From Coniocarpon cinnabarinum (lineage: Eukaryota), in assembly GCA_051942205.1 (NCBI GenBank), contig JAVECO010000028.1:62001-126000 (forward strand): a stretch of DNA of 64,000 bases, given 5' to 3'. Shown piece by piece: positions 63,136 to 64,000 of this stretch. A program made the position numbers and the translations under genes. Under the pieces are notes generated by a model. It had not been told where the DNA came from and made no database searches. It was given only the letters and a program-made list of their open reading frames with translations. Every line of letters begins with the position of its first letter. The stretch's first letter is position 1.

Positions 63136-64000
63136 TGGGATATTTGAGGTATCATTCGGGTTTTGGGCAGTGGCCGAGTAAATGACGTTCAATGTCGTGG
63201 TTTATTGAATGGAAGACAGTTTTGTTGGGGTTGTAACGCATGATTGTGTTGTTTCCAGTGGTGTGGCGTGCAGACATGTTCACTCTTTGAGATCTCCAAG
63301 GCGGTGGCTCGAGATTCAAAGTTGCGCGCCACTACGTCTTTATTATGTCCAGCCGCTTCTCTTAAGCTTACGTGGTTTTTTCTGTTTCCTTGAGGTCCTC
63401 GAAACGCACATCCTTGCAAGAGACTATGCAAGAAGTCTCAATTGTTACTTGCTCAAGTTGAGCACCTTTGACGCGTGCAGTGACTGTTGTTGAATCTTCA
63501 TCTTGGATAAGTAACAATAGCATCCACGTCTGCATTCTTGCACAACAGATACAACCTTGTGCTCCTAAAAGTAGCACGAGGCACTTTTGAAAGTACATAA
63601 CTGATAAGAAGGATCTCGAGGTATAGAGAGTTTTCGTTATTTTCCCACGCCTTTTACTAGAGGCTTGTGCTGACATCGCTGAGCGCAACGCCTGTTGAGG
63701 GATCGTCTGGCATGTGGCTGTTGCGAAGTGAGGTCCAGGTACTCCCTGGGTTAAGGAGTCAATGTTTGATGTGATAATCTGCTGAACTTACGAATAGCAA
63801 TTTTCTTCTCATTACTTGTAGCGTGAAAGGTGCCAGCACTCTGACATTAGGAAATTCCGTACGCCAGTTTGTACCTTCGATGGTAGCTTGTGCTATGACT
63901 TCCACTCCGATATAGCAACAGCCTAGACATATTTTTGATAGCTACCTCAAGCACTATTTTTGCACGATTGCCGATGTTCTGTCATCTATAATGGCAATTG

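Noticed and set aside
1..64000. tRNA, rRNA, CRISPR arrays, intact transposons, PKS/NRPS cluster
   Set aside because: I saw no cloverleaf, rRNA-like sequence, spaced direct repeats, transposase/RT ORF, terminal repeats or backbone synthase. A covariance-model scan was not possible.

Overview
This is a gene-dense window from a filamentous ascomycete (Pezizomycotina-type) nuclear genome. Evidence: short GT-AG introns with CTRAC-type branch points, fungal beta-tubulin, VMA5 and NAR1, and small TpA-rich patches resembling RIP damage. About 30 protein-coding genes can be modelled by manual splicing. Most are housekeeping genes (LIM protein, a 2,315-aa coiled-coil protein, VPS26, HEM25, beta-tubulin, alkaline ceramidase, PFD1, VMA5, GCV1, HSP78, TMA20, PI-PLC, RPB12, NAR1). 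Three accessory features stand out. (1) A ~5-kb island at 45.4-50.4 kb, largely missed by the ORF track, is bracketed by two paralogous small secreted Cys-rich proteins of a family I do not recognise (one has a GC-AG intron). It encloses an EthD protein, an I78-type protease inhibitor and a minimal RBR E3 ligase that appears to need a 3-nt micro-exon. (2) A FAD2-type desaturase and a divergent DUF1365 gene form a head-to-head pair, possibly for unusual fatty-acid modification. (3) A signal-peptide-less V8/glutamyl-endopeptidase-like protease carries a long unknown N-terminal domain. No tRNA, rRNA, CRISPR array or intact transposon could be supported. All family calls come from motif recognition by eye, not database searches.
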